From: Clostridia bacterium
Lineage (GTDB): Bacteria > Bacillota > Clostridia > Christensenellales > UBA1242
DNA length: 35,833 nt
Direction of reading: 5' to 3'
NCBI GenBank assembly: GCA_045536095.1
Contig: JAZSMW010000121.1
Span: 1 to 35,833, forward strand
Under the pieces are notes generated by a model that was not told the origin of the DNA, searched no databases, and worked only from the letters and a program-made list of their open reading frames with translations. This document shows, in pieces, positions 9,009 through 18,432 of the stretch (position 1 is its first letter; each line of letters starts with the position of its first letter). The translations under genes and the position numbers were made by a program.

Positions 9009-9170
9009 AAATAACACCAAAAAATTTAAGCAAGTTAAATTTTAACCATTCATAAATGAATGCTTTCTTTGTTAAGCGCTAGTGTTGGTGTTTTTTTAAT
9101 GCGGGCGGAAATACTGTTTCAAGCTTGCAAGTAAACTTGCGTTTGACGATATTTCCTTCTACATAAAAAA
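9005..9170 (+). repeat. Terminator-adjacent structured repeat, copy C (head type 1)
   Basis: It is near-identical to copy A over head, linker and tail. Its 3' AAAAAA (9165-9170) is the U-tract of the rpmA terminator. Confidence 0.9.
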
Positions 9171-9196
9171 GCCAAAGACAATTAATTGTCTTTGGC
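9165..9196 (-). terminator. Rho-independent terminator of rpmA
   Basis: A perfect 13-bp palindrome, GCCAAAGACAATT/AATTGTCTTTGGC (9171-9196), is followed on the minus strand by the T-run (A-run 9165-9170). Confidence 0.85.
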
Positions 9197-9211
9197 ATGT
9201 TTTTTACTTTA

Positions 9212-9490
9212 TTATTCTGCAGCTATTACACTAACATACTTTTTATCGCCACTGTTGTGAAATTTAACAGTGCCATCTACTTTTGCAAAAATTGTGTAAT
9301 CTTTGCCAAGCCCGCAATTTTCACCCGCATAAACTTTTGTTCCGCGTTGTCTAATAATAATTGATCCTGCAAGAACTGGTTGACCGTCTGCTGCTTTAAC
9401 GCCTAAACGTTTAGAGTTACTATCTCTACCATTTTTAGTGCTACCGCCACCTTTTTTATGGGCAAAAAGTTGAATATTAATAAATTTCAT
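9212..9490 (-). CDS. rpmA: 50S ribosomal protein L27 with a Prp-cleavable N-terminal extension
   Basis: The sequence reads [32 protein letters not shown].... I trimmed the ORF to the ATG at 9490, which has a GGAGG RBS 6 nt upstream. The longer ORF-track start would overlap prp. Confidence 0.92.
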   Translation of the reverse strand: MKFINIQLFAHKKGGGSTKNGRDSNSKRLGVKAADGQPVLAGSIIIRQRGTKVYAGENCGLGKDYTIFAKVDGTVKFHNSGDKKYVSVIAAE

Positions 9491-9827
9491 TTTTGACCTC
9501 CAAATTAATGTATTTTTTATAGTTTTTATTACCACATAATAAGCATTTTACTGACTCTTCAAAAGTCATAAACAAAATTTGTGCTTTTTGCATTTGCTCT
9601 TTTGTTAAATCATTTGACAAAAAGCATGACAAATATGCATTATTGTTTTCTATTTTTATTATGGGCTTTAGGCTTAAAACATTTTCGAGCCCCACACAAA
9701 CCATTTGTGATAAAGACGAAATTGCTGCACACACTATGTCGCTTCCTTCACCTGCATAGCCAGAATGTCCAGAAACAACAAAGCCTAAAATTGTGCCATT
9801 GTTTTTTGTTATTTGAATTTTTGTCAT
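9477..9827 (-). CDS. prp: Ribosomal-processing cysteine protease Prp (YsxB family)
   Basis: It sits between rplU and rpmA. The motif [18 protein letters not shown] contains the catalytic His/Cys. It overlaps the rpmA start by 14 nt. Confidence 0.88.
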   Translation of the reverse strand: MTKIQITKNNGTILGFVVSGHSGYAGEGSDIVCAAISSLSQMVCVGLENVLSLKPIIKIENNNAYLSCFLSNDLTKEQMQKAQILFMTFEESVKCLLCGNKNYKKYINLEVKNEIY

Positions 9828-9876
9828 AATTTTTTACCTATCAAACATTATATAATGCTTGCTTTTAAAGGTTTAA

Positions 9877-10182
9877 TTACTTAATTTCAACAATTTTGAT
9901 TGCAGTGTATGGTTGTCTGTGACCTTGTTTTCTGCGATAGTTCTTTTTTGCTTTGTATTTGTAAACAACAATTTTATCGCCTTTTCCATGTTCAACAACT
10001 TCTGCAACACAAGTAACTCCATTAACAACTGGGTTACCAGCAACAATTGTTCCGTTGTCAGAAACAAGTAAAACATCGAAATTAACTTTTGAACCAACTT
10101 CAAGTTCTAGCTTTTCTACTTTAACAACGTCACCAACTGCAACTTTGTATTGTTTTCCACCAGTTTGAATAATTGCAAACAT
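9877..10182 (-). CDS. rplU: 50S ribosomal protein L21
   Basis: The sequence reads [16 protein letters not shown]...VEKL......[20 protein letters not shown]. Confidence 0.95.
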   Translation of the reverse strand: MFAIIQTGGKQYKVAVGDVVKVEKLELEVGSKVNFDVLLVSDNGTIVAGNPVVNGVTCVAEVVEHGKGDKIVVYKYKAKKNYRRKQGHRQPYTAIKIVEIK

Positions 10183-10262
10183 TTGCGCCTCCTAAAAATA
10201 AATCTCACTACGCACAAGGCGGGTTAAACCACTTTTTAAGCCCTGCATATGTGGCATACGGG
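10183..10262 (-). promoter_or_regulatory. Candidate L21 ribosomal-protein leader (5' UTR of rplU-prp-rpmA)
   Basis: This ~80-nt GC-enriched UTR lies between a consensus promoter and the rplU RBS, where Firmicutes carry the L21 leader. I could not verify the structure by hand. Confidence 0.5.
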
Positions 10263-10266
10263 TAAG

Positions 10267-10296
10267 ATTATACAACAAGTATACTTGTTTTGTCAA
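10267..10296 (-). promoter_or_regulatory. Consensus sigma-A promoter of the rplU operon
   Basis: On the minus strand the sequence reads TTGACA (10296-10291), an 18-nt spacer, then TATAAT (10272-10267). Confidence 0.8.
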
Positions 10297-10334
10297 CAAT
10301 TAAATTAATTAATTTTGCCTTTTGTTTAAATTAG

Positions 10335-10498
10335 AATAAAATAACACCAAAAAATTTAAATAAGTTAAATTTTAACATTCACAAATGAATGCTTCTTTGC
10401 TAATCGCTAGTGTTGGTGTCTTTTGGTACGGGCGGATATCGCATTTAATCTGAGAATAAATTCTCTTGTAAATGCGATATTTCCTACTACATAAAAAA
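10335..10498 (+). repeat. Terminator-adjacent structured repeat, copy D (head type 1, divergent tail)
   Basis: It has the AACACCAA...TTGGTGT head and the TGGTACGGGCGG linker. The tail is GGATATCGCATTTA...GAGAATAAATTCTC...TAAATGCGATATTTCC, followed by CTACTACATAAAAAA. Confidence 0.9.
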
Positions 10499-10515
10499 TG
10501 CACTAATATAGTGCA
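10492..10515 (-). terminator. Rho-independent terminator of the DUF4132-like gene
   Basis: The stem is TGCACTA-ATA-TAGTGCA (10499-10515). The A-run at 10493-10498 is the U-tract on the minus strand. Confidence 0.7.
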
Positions 10516-10527
10516 TTTAATTTTTTA

Positions 10528-12681
10528 TTATAATTTTTTTGAGGCCGAAACAGCATTTAATACATAATCGTAATATCTTGGTTCTACACCGCCAATTGCA
10601 ATTGCATTTGCTTTGTTAATTATGTATGCACTACCATTTTTTAAGCATTGGTTTAGTTTATAAAACCTAATGTTCCCTAAACTTGATGTAGAAGTGTAAT
10701 AAGTAACTGGAGTTTCAAATGCCACCTCGGCAAGTAAATTAAGCTCTGGACAAGCATGCACAAGCTCGGTTGCATCTTCGCCGTCATGTGAAATATTTTT
10801 TATAAAACCAAACTCTGCCATTTCAGAAATAAACTTAATTGCATTAATTAAAATACCATGCATACTAGAAACTTTTGAAAGCGTTTTTTCATTTTCTTTT
10901 ATTGGAAAAATCGAATTTGTAAATTGTTTAAACGTTGGGTTAGAAAAATATGATTTTGCACTTTCAAATCTGTCATCTAAATCTAACGAATGCGCAATTT
11001 TAATTTTTAAGTCATTTGCGTCTTGTGCTGTTCCTGCTATGTATTTAATTTGTTTTTCTTCTAACACAAAAAGAGAAAGCAACCTATCTTGTTTATATTC
11101 TCCAAAAACCAATTTTTGCGCTAAAATATTAAATACTTTTTTTTCAATAAAAATTTCTTCAAATTGTTGTTTAGAATAACTTTTATTTGCTATAAAGCCA
11201 GCATATAACCTCTGTTTTTGAGAAGCAATAGCCTCTTCTGTAATTTCATCGCTTGCAAGCATATCTAAAACATCTGAATTTGTTTTTTGCAAATTTTCAG
11301 AATATATAGAAACAAAATAATCTTTATCTTCTAAAAACTTTGGATTTTGTTCTTCTATTAATTTAGAAATTGTTGTAATAACTCCCGCACGTTTTGCGTA
11401 AATTAAACATTCCATAAAATATTTTGCCTCTTTGTGGCGGTTAAGTTTATATAATCCTGCAATAAATTCATATATCTGTTCCAAAAGTTGTTCACTTGCA
11501 AGAAGAGAAATTAGCCTTATTGCCCACTTCGCTTCTTTAATATCTTTCATGTGGCTAACAACAAAATATAATTTTTCGGCAAAATTGTTTAAGTCTATTT
11601 CATTAAACAATGTTTTAACGTCACTTAAACCACATAAATTTAACAGGTCTTTTTCTTCTTTAAAAATATTAATTAAATACGTTTTTACAATGTTGTTTGC
11701 CGGTGTTCCATCAACAAAATTTAAATTAACTTTTTCAAAAGCAATACCAAGCGTTCTTTCTTGAATGGTTTCAACTTTTTTTTGTGCCATTGTTTCAAAA
11801 TGCTTAGGCGAAACACCTAAATTTTGTTTACTAGAAATGCCCAGTTTAAGTTTAATAAAGTTTTTTATTTCTTCATTTTGTTCTTCTTCATACAAATCTT
11901 CTAGCCTAGCAGTAACTTCTGGATTTTCTATGCTAGCCAATATTTTTACATAGTTAAATTTTTTGTTGCCAGCCGTTTCTAAATTCTTGTCAAAAAATGC
12001 CATTGTGTCGGTATAATAGTGTTTGAGCATTTTTGCAATTAATTTATCATCTATTGCTCCAATTTCGGAATCAAAAATTTGGCTAATTGCCTTTTGCGTA
12101 TTAAACTCAAGCCCCAGCTCTAAATATGTAAGATTATGCATTGAGTTGGTTGCCACAAAGCTTGCAATTTCCTCCATGTTCTCTCTATATAAATTTTGCA
12201 AATATTCAAGCGCAGGAGCAAGCCAAACCGAAATGGACGATTTGTCGTTATCTTCTACAATAGCAAACAAAAATGGCAATACATCACCAGTTGTTATGTC
12301 TGTGCTTTTAACAACTTCTATAAAACGGTCAAAATAACGCTCTTTGTGAGAATATTCTTTATTTTTGCTAATATATGTGCTTGGCCCCACGTGCGCCACA
12401 AATAACTTTTCTAAGAACAAAATTATTGCCCAATAATTTTTAGTATGCAAAAACATTTTAGTTAAATTGCAAAGCGCAGGTAAATATTCATTTAACTGAA
12501 AAATAAGTTCAGCTAATTTGCTAACCGCATTTTCGCAATTTGCACTTACCTGTGCATTTTTTAAAAGATCTCTAATGTTAGAAAAACTCATAGCATCTAG
12601 CATTGGGATGTTAGATACATCTATGTTAAAAATTTCATTAATTTTATCACTAATTTGTTTATAATTTCTTAATATTTCCAT
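10528..12681 (-). CDS. Large helical protein, DUF4132-like (717 aa)
   Basis: ORF track. The C-terminal segment KLVFGEYKQDR...IKIAHSLDLDD...FKQFTNSIFPI resembles the DUF4132 signature as I remember it. No search was run. Confidence 0.5.
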   Translation of the reverse strand: MEILRNYKQISDKINEIFNIDVSNIPMLDAMSFSNIRDLLKNAQVSANCENAVSKLAELIFQLNEYLPALCNLTKMFLHTKNYWAIILFLEKLFVAHVGPSTYISKNKEYSHKERYFDRFIEVVKSTDITTGDVLPFLFAIVEDNDKSSISVWLAPALEYLQNLYRENMEEIASFVATNSMHNLTYLELGLEFNTQKAISQIFDSEIGAIDDKLIAKMLKHYYTDTMAFFDKNLETAGNKKFNYVKILASIENPEVTARLEDLYEEEQNEEIKNFIKLKLGISSKQNLGVSPKHFETMAQKKVETIQERTLGIAFEKVNLNFVDGTPANNIVKTYLINIFKEEKDLLNLCGLSDVKTLFNEIDLNNFAEKLYFVVSHMKDIKEAKWAIRLISLLASEQLLEQIYEFIAGLYKLNRHKEAKYFMECLIYAKRAGVITTISKLIEEQNPKFLEDKDYFVSIYSENLQKTNSDVLDMLASDEITEEAIASQKQRLYAGFIANKSYSKQQFEEIFIEKKVFNILAQKLVFGEYKQDRLLSLFVLEEKQIKYIAGTAQDANDLKIKIAHSLDLDDRFESAKSYFSNPTFKQFTNSIFPIKENEKTLSKVSSMHGILINAIKFISEMAEFGFIKNISHDGEDATELVHACPELNLLAEVAFETPVTYYTSTSSLGNIRFYKLNQCLKNGSAYIINKANAIAIGGVEPRYYDYVLNAVSASKKL

Positions 12682-12797
12682 ATTTTCTCCAATTAAATTT
12701 TATCACATCTAAAACTATTTGTAAAATTTTTTATGTAATTTCTTTTTATTGTTAAAAATAATTATTTGCTTATTTTATACAAATTTTAATTTAACAC

Positions 12798-12826
12798 TTT
12801 ACAAATGTTTTTTTTGCTGTTATAAT
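12798..12826 (+). promoter_or_regulatory. Sigma-A promoter of the ileS leader
   Basis: The sequence reads TTTACA (12798-12803), a 17-nt spacer, then TATAAT (12821-12826). Confidence 0.7.
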
Positions 12827-12834
12827 CTTTTTGT

Positions 12835-13098
12835 AAGTTTTAAAAACTTAATATAAAATGCGCTACAACAAAAGACACGGCTTATGTAACCTTGTTTTTA
12901 GAGAGTTGCCGTTTGGTGCAAGGCAATAAACAAATACACAAGTTATCCCTTTTGGAGCAGGTTTACCGAACAAGCTTTTTGTTTTATTAGGTTAACACGG
13001 GTCTTCCCGTTATAGAAGAAGTGGGTGCTAGCCCACAGCATAAACAAGTGGTATAACTCTTAGCAAGAGTCTTGTTTTTGCTAGGAGTTTTTTTATTT
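12835..13098 (+). promoter_or_regulatory. T-box riboswitch leader (Ile) with an intrinsic terminator
   Basis: It has an AG box AGAGAG (12900-12905) and a distal loop GGTGCAA (12915-12921). The candidate specifier is AUC at 12945-12947, but AUA at 12926 or 12934 is possible. A degenerate T-box core AAACAAGTGGTATAACTC lies at 13042-13059. The terminator is AACTCTTAGCAA (13055-13066) / TTGCTAGGAGTT (13078-13089) plus a T7 run, directly upstream of ileS. Confidence 0.8.
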
Positions 13099-13112
13099 AA
13101 AAGGAGATTATT

Positions 13113-16100
13113 ATGTACAAAAAAGTTGGCGAAATGAACCTTGCTCAAACCGAAGAACAAGTTTTAAAGTTTTGGCAAGAAAACAACATTAAAAATCAAT
13201 GTTTAAGCCACAACAAAGGCAAAAAGATGTATTCTTTTTATGAGGGGCCTCCAACAGCAAATGGACAACCTCATGCTGGTCACGTTTTAACAAGAACGCT
13301 TAAAGACCTATTTAACCGTTTTCATTTAATGAAAGGCTACGAAGTTCCAAGAAAGGGCGGATGGGACACTCACGGGTTACCTGTTGAAATTTCTGTAGAA
13401 AAAGAAATAGGAATTTCGGGCAAACAACAAATTGAAGCTTATGGCGTAGAAAAATTTATTACCGAATGCAAAAAAGACGTTTGGAAATATGTTGACCTTT
13501 GGAAAACATTTTCAGACCGTGTTGGATACTTTGTTAACATGGATGACGACTGCTATGTTACTTATAAAGACGACTATATTGAGAGCGAATGGTGGAGTTT
13601 AAAAGAGTTAAACAATAAGGGTCTTTTATATAAAGGTTACAAGGTTTTACCATGTTGCCCAAGCTGTGGAACAGCACTTTCCTCTCACGAAGTTGCTCAA
13701 GGCTATAAAGAACGAAACGATTTAACAATTGTTGCTAAATTTAAAGCGGCAAATCATATAAACACTTACTTTTTAGCATGGACAACTACCCCATGGACAC
13801 TTCCTTCTAACGTTGCTCTTTGCGTTAACCCTGTTGAAACCTATGTTAAAATTGAATGTTTTGAAACTGGCGAAAACTATATTTTAGCCGAAGCATTAGT
13901 TTCTTCGTTTTTTAAAGATGAAGAATTTAAAATTGTAGAAAAATACACAGGTAAACAATTAGAATATCAAAAATATGAACCACTATTTAACTTTGCATCA
14001 AGCGATGTAACAGCAAAAGCATTTTTTGTAACATGCGATGCATATGTTACACTAACAGACGGAACTGGCATTGTTCACATTGCGCCAGCCTATGGTGCAG
14101 ACGATGCCAATGTTGGAATGAAATATAACTTGCCTTTTGTTGCAATGGCTGGTCAAGACGGATTGTTTACATCCGCATGTGAAAAATATGCTGGCAAAAA
14201 TGTGTTTGATGTTAACGAACAAGTTGCAGAAGACTTAAGAACTGATGGCAAAGTGTTTAAAAGTGCAAGACACAAACACGAATATCCACACTGCTGGAGA
14301 TGTAAATCACCTCTTATGTATTTTGCAAGAGACGGCTGGTTTGTTAAAACAACAGCAATTAAAGATGAATTAATAAAAAATAACCAAGAGGTTAATTGGC
14401 ACCCAGATTCTATAAAAGACGGACGTATGGGCAACTGGCTAGAAAATGTTATAGACTGGAACATTTCTAGAGATCGCTATTGGGGAACTCCTCTTCCTGT
14501 TTGGACTTGTGAATGTGGTCACTACCATGTTGTTGGATCTAAAGCCGAACTTAAGGAACTTGGAAATTTAAGTGAAGATATAGAACTACACAAACCATAT
14601 GTAGATGATGTAACACTAACCTGCCCACACTGTGGAAAACCAATGAAGCGTGAGCCATACGTTATAGACTGCTGGTACGATAGTGGTTCTATGCCTTTTG
14701 CTCAATTCCACTATCCATTTGAAAACAAAGAAGAATTTGAACGTAGATTCCCTGCCGACTTTATTTCGGAAGGAGTTGATCAATGCCGTGGTTGGTTTTA
14801 TACTCAACTTGTGCTAGGCACTGCTCTATTTGGCAAAGCTCCATACAAGCATGTTATTGTTAACGGGCTTGTTGTTGACGATAATGGGGTTAAACTTTCT
14901 AAGAGCCTTGGAAATTACCGTCCACCAATGGAAATAATAAACGCTGTTGGCGCAGATGCTGTTAGGTGGTCCTTCTACACAACAACCCAACCGTGGAATA
15001 ACCAACCAATGTCTGTTAAAAGCGCATCAGAATCTGTTAAAAATTATTTTGGTACACTTTGGAACACTTATGCATTTTTTGTTTTGTATGCAGAAATTGA
15101 CCAGTTTGACCCAAGCAAATATAACTTAAGCGATTGTAATCTTTCTATTATGGACAAATGGGTTTTATCTGAATTTAATACCCTTGTTGCCGAAGTTACA
15201 GAACTTGTAGAAACTTACCACTGCACAGAAGCAGCCCGCAAGGTTCAAGTTTTTGTTGAAAATCTTTCAAACTGGTATGTAAGAAGATGCCGCAAACGCT
15301 ATTGGGCTGGAGGTATGACTGAAGATAAAATAAGTGCTTATGTTACTCTTTGGGAAGTTCTTGTTGGGCTATGCAAACTAACTGCACCATTTACTCCGTT
15401 TGTAACCGAAAGCATGTATCAAAACCTAGTTACTCCATTTTTTGAAAACGCTCCAAAAAGCGTTCACCTTTGTGACTATCCAGAAGTAAATACATCGTTT
15501 ATAAATCAAAAATTAAGCACAGATATGGATTTATGTTACAAGTTTACTGAGCTTGGCAGAAGTGCAAGAAACCTAAGCAATATAAAAATCCGTCAACCAC
15601 TTGCAAAGCTATATATTACAGATGCAAATGGCAAATTTGATTTGGATGCTAATTTAATTACCCAAATAAAAGAAGAATTAAACGTTAAAGAAATAATCGA
15701 AAATGAAGACTTGTCAAAATTTGTTAAATATTCTATAAAACCTCAACTAAAAACTTTAGGGCCAAAATATGGTTCACTTCTTGGTGAAATAAGAAACTTT
15801 TTTGCAAATTGCGACGCAAACCAAGTGGTTGCTTGTGTTAGAAGCGGAAATACGTTTAAAACAACCTTAAACGGCACTTTGGTAGAGTTTGCCGAAAGTG
15901 ACATTTTAATTTCGGTTGAACAAACATCTGCTTACACTTCTGCAACCGAAGGGTCTCTTGCCGTTGTTCTAGACACAACCCTAACCCAAGAATTAATAGA
16001 GGAAGGCACTGTTCGTGAATTTGTTTCTAAAGTTCAAAACTTAAGAAAAACAAGTGGATATGAGGTAACAGACCGCATTAATATAAGCGTGGATGGAAAC

Positions 16101-16250
16101 CCAGACCTTGTTGATTTAATAGTTAAAAACGAACCAACAATTGTTAAAGATTGCCTAGCTTTAAGCGTTAGTCAAGGAACCAGCGGAGAATTTAACGACG
16201 AGTTTGAATTTGACAATAAAACAATTACTGTTTATATCAGCAAAAATTAA
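13113..16250 (+). CDS. ileS: Isoleucine--tRNA ligase (type 2, 1045 aa)
   Basis: The HIGH-like motif is PTANGQPHAGHV and the KMSKS-like motif is KLSKSLGN. Zn-binding CxxC pairs are present. An RBS (AAGGAG) precedes the start. Confidence 0.95.
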   Translation: MYKKVGEMNLAQTEEQVLKFWQENNIKNQCLSHNKGKKMYSFYEGPPTANGQPHAGHVLTRTLKDLFNRFHLMKGYEVPRKGGWDTHGLPVEISVEKEIGISGKQQIEAYGVEKFITECKKDVWKYVDLWKTFSDRVGYFVNMDDDCYVTYKDDYIESEWWSLKELNNKGLLYKGYKVLPCCPSCGTALSSHEVAQGYKERNDLTIVAKFKAANHINTYFLAWTTTPWTLPSNVALCVNPVETYVKIECFETGENYILAEALVSSFFKDEEFKIVEKYTGKQLEYQKYEPLFNFASSDVTAKAFFVTCDAYVTLTDGTGIVHIAPAYGADDANVGMKYNLPFVAMAGQDGLFTSACEKYAGKNVFDVNEQVAEDLRTDGKVFKSARHKHEYPHCWRCKSPLMYFARDGWFVKTTAIKDELIKNNQEVNWHPDSIKDGRMGNWLENVIDWNISRDRYWGTPLPVWTCECGHYHVVGSKAELKELGNLSEDIELHKPYVDDVTLTCPHCGKPMKREPYVIDCWYDSGSMPFAQFHYPFENKEEFERRFPADFISEGVDQCRGWFYTQLVLGTALFGKAPYKHVIVNGLVVDDNGVKLSKSLGNYRPPMEIINAVGADAVRWSFYTTTQPWNNQPMSVKSASESVKNYFGTLWNTYAFFVLYAEIDQFDPSKYNLSDCNLSIMDKWVLSEFNTLVAEVTELVETYHCTEAARKVQVFVENLSNWYVRRCRKRYWAGGMTEDKISAYVTLWEVLVGLCKLTAPFTPFVTESMYQNLVTPFFENAPKSVHLCDYPEVNTSFINQKLSTDMDLCYKFTELGRSARNLSNIKIRQPLAKLYITDANGKFDLDANLITQIKEELNVKEIIENEDLSKFVKYSIKPQLKTLGPKYGSLLGEIRNFFANCDANQVVACVRSGNTFKTTLNGTLVEFAESDILISVEQTSAYTSATEGSLAVVLDTTLTQELIEEGTVREFVSKVQNLRKTSGYEVTDRINISVDGNPDLVDLIVKNEPTIVKDCLALSVSQGTSGEFNDEFEFDNKTITVYISKN

Positions 16251-16286
16251 AACGTCTTTTAAATAACACTTTTAAAAATATTAAAC

Positions 16287-16317
16287 AAAAGCCAAAACTC
16301 TGGCTTTTGTTTTTTCT
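16287..16317 (+). terminator. Rho-independent terminator of ileS
   Basis: The stem is AAAAGCCA (16287-16294) / TGGCTTTT (16301-16308), followed by GTTTTTTCTT. Confidence 0.75.
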
Positions 16318-16474
16318 TATGTAGTGGGAAATATCGTTTAAACGCAAATTTATTTGTGGGTTTAAAACGAGATTTCCGCTCGTACCAAAAATCACTGCTT
16401 TTGTGATAACAAAAGTGTTGAATTTATTCAAGTGGATAATTTTAAATCTATTTAAAGTTGCGGTGTTATTTTAT
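16311..16474 (-). repeat. Terminator-adjacent structured repeat, copy E (hybrid head, divergent tail), the only minus-strand copy
   Basis: Its reverse complement reads ATAAAATAACACCGC...CTTTTGTTATCACAAAAGCAGTGATTTTTGGTACGAGCGGAAATCTCG...CAAATAAATTTG...CGATATTTCCCACTACATAAGAAAAAA. The tail end abuts the ileS terminator. Confidence 0.85.
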
Positions 16475-16510
16475 CTTACAAGCAATTTTACAAATAACCT
16501 TAAATGTTAT

Positions 16511-16544
16511 AAAAAAATCAAGGGCATTTCCCTTGATTTTTATT
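16511..16544. terminator. Bidirectional terminator downstream of the secreted LRR gene
   Basis: The stem is ATCAAGGG (16517-16524) / CCCTTGAT (16530-16537), flanked by A7 and T-rich runs. Confidence 0.7.
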
Positions 16545-16545
16545 T

Positions 16546-18432
16546 CTATTTTGTATATTTAACATAACCAGCTTTGTCTTGAGTTGCGCTCTCGCTAAAC
16601 CCTTTACTTACCAACTGTGTGCTACTTAAACCATTTTTTAAGTATACGGTTGTGGTTGCAGAATTTGCTAACAAATAACCCATGTATGTGCTATTATTTG
16701 CAATTGTGCTACTATCTATTGTTACAGTTTGCAATCTTGAACAACCATCAAATGCATCGGAACCAATTCTTGTTGCAGATGCCCCAATTGTCAATGAAGT
16801 AATAGCAGAACATCCCCTAAATGCAAAGTCACCAATAACATCTGTTAATCCGGTTAAATTTACTTCACCACTTATGCCAGAGCACCCATTAAATGCCGCA
16901 AAACCTACTGAGTTTAGCTTTGACATGTTTACTGAGCCGGTTATTCCTGTGCACCCATTAAATGCATATGGCCCAACTGATGTTACATTTGATAAATTTA
17001 AACCTGTAATTTTTTTATAGTTTGTAAATTGTGCTCCCACACTTGTTACATCGCTAGGAACTGTTAATGTGCCATCAACCAATACATTGTTTATATATAA
17101 ATTTCGTGCGCTTTCAAAGATGTAAGGATTACTTGTTATTTCTATGCCAAACCACTCTTTTAAAGTTCCTGCATAATAAACATTTGATAAATTACAATCT
17201 TTAAATGCAGCAACACCTATGGATGTTACATTATCAAGCATTAAATCACCAAATATTTTTACACAGCCACTAAATGCATAAATACCAATGTTAGTTGCAT
17301 TTGATAAGTTTAAACTGCTTACAACTACATTTTTGCAATCTGCAAAGGCATACTGACCAATGCTTGTTACATTTTCTAAATCTAAAGAAATTAAAGTTTG
17401 ACATTCATTAAACGCATATTCACCAATTGTTGCTCCGCTAGCAAAGCTTAAGCTAGATATTAATTGATTGCAACCACTAAATGCGCGCTGACCAACAGTA
17501 GCTAAATTTTGCGTGTTTATAACATCAAATATTTGACTACCATTAAAAGCATATTCGCCAACCGACGTTGCACTAGTTAAATTTGCAAAACCTTTAAATG
17601 ATGTGCAACCATTAAAGGCATAATCCCCTATTGTTGTTACATTATTTAAATTAATTCCGTTAAGCGAAGTTTTACCTTTAAATGCATTGGAACTAATTGT
17701 TGTTGTGCTAGGCGTTAATGCAACATGTTTTATATTGCTAGAAAATGCATAAGCTGGCACCTGTGAAACAGCCTCTGGCAATTTAACTAAAGTATCTGAA
17801 ATTGTTGTGCCTGCAGTTTGCGATGAACCACTAGGAAGTGTTGTTAAACTAGAAATTTCTTCACTTGGTGCATACTCTTCCATATTTAAGTAGTAAGAAA
17901 AACTGCAATTTGTTGCAACATTTAAGTTTGTTCCTGGCCTTATACTAAAAAATACATCCATGCTAATTTCGTCTTGATCGGAAGAATCATCTGCTTTTTT
18001 TAAATATGAATATGATGTTAAGTTAACATTAAGTATGTTCCTTAATGTGTCGGAGGTTTTAATGTCTGACCCTACAGCTAACGTGTTTGTTGTTTTTTCT
18101 TCTTCACCCGAATAAAAATAAACACCCAAATTTTTGTTACTTAAATTTTTAATATGTATTGTTAGTTTTGTGCAAACACCAGACATTTTGCTGTTATGAG
18201 ATATTGCCAATGTTGGAATAGTTAAATCCACACCATATATGCTTTGCGTTGGCTCTAATATTTGTTCACCATTTATATAACCACTTATTTCTATATTACT
18301 ATTTGGTGGGGTTATATGTACCGTGCCACCCAAAGTTGAATTTGATGGTACAGAAGCATATACTCCAATACCAACTATACCCACACACAATATTAATAAT
18401 AAAACACTCAAAAATATTTTTTGTTTTTTCAT
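16546..18432 (-). CDS. Secreted/surface BspA-type leucine-rich repeat (LRR_5-like) protein (628 aa)
   Basis: The N-terminus is signal/anchor-like (MKKQKIFLSVLLLILCVGIVGIGVYA). A ~200 aa non-repeat region follows, then many ~23 aa units of the form NVTSIG.YAF.GC..L. Confidence 0.8.
   Translation of the reverse strand: MKKQKIFLSVLLLILCVGIVGIGVYASVPSNSTLGGTVHITPPNSNIEISGYINGEQILEPTQSIYGVDLTIPTLAISHNSKMSGVCTKLTIHIKNLSNKNLGVYFYSGEEEKTTNTLAVGSDIKTSDTLRNILNVNLTSYSYLKKADDSSDQDEISMDVFFSIRPGTNLNVATNCSFSYYLNMEEYAPSEEISSLTTLPSGSSQTAGTTISDTLVKLPEAVSQVPAYAFSSNIKHVALTPSTTTISSNAFKGKTSLNGINLNNVTTIGDYAFNGCTSFKGFANLTSATSVGEYAFNGSQIFDVINTQNLATVGQRAFSGCNQLISSLSFASGATIGEYAFNECQTLISLDLENVTSIGQYAFADCKNVVVSSLNLSNATNIGIYAFSGCVKIFGDLMLDNVTSIGVAAFKDCNLSNVYYAGTLKEWFGIEITSNPYIFESARNLYINNVLVDGTLTVPSDVTSVGAQFTNYKKITGLNLSNVTSVGPYAFNGCTGITGSVNMSKLNSVGFAAFNGCSGISGEVNLTGLTDVIGDFAFRGCSAITSLTIGASATRIGSDAFDGCSRLQTVTIDSSTIANNSTYMGYLLANSATTTVYLKNGLSSTQLVSKGFSESATQDKAGYVKYTK

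Noticed and set aside
8953-9170. A possible mini-CRISPR array: two ~55-nt near-identical units separated by ~100 nt.
   Set aside because: Only two units are present. The apparent spacer is the conserved head module found in copies A and D. The units are long imperfect hairpins that recur singly elsewhere, and no cas genes are nearby.
9491-9535. N-terminal extensions in the ORF-track models of rpmA (9491-9535), pyk (34852-34893), rpsP (35772-35807) and the TerS-like ORF (27097-27141).
   Set aside because: In each case an internal start has a well-spaced GGAGG-type RBS and yields the canonical conserved N-terminus. The extensions overlap upstream genes or promoters.
16237-16431. A 64-aa minus-strand ORF between ileS and the LRR gene.
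   Set aside because: It lies entirely across the ileS terminator and repeat copy E. The equivalent frame is not open in the other repeat copies, so it is a chance ORF.
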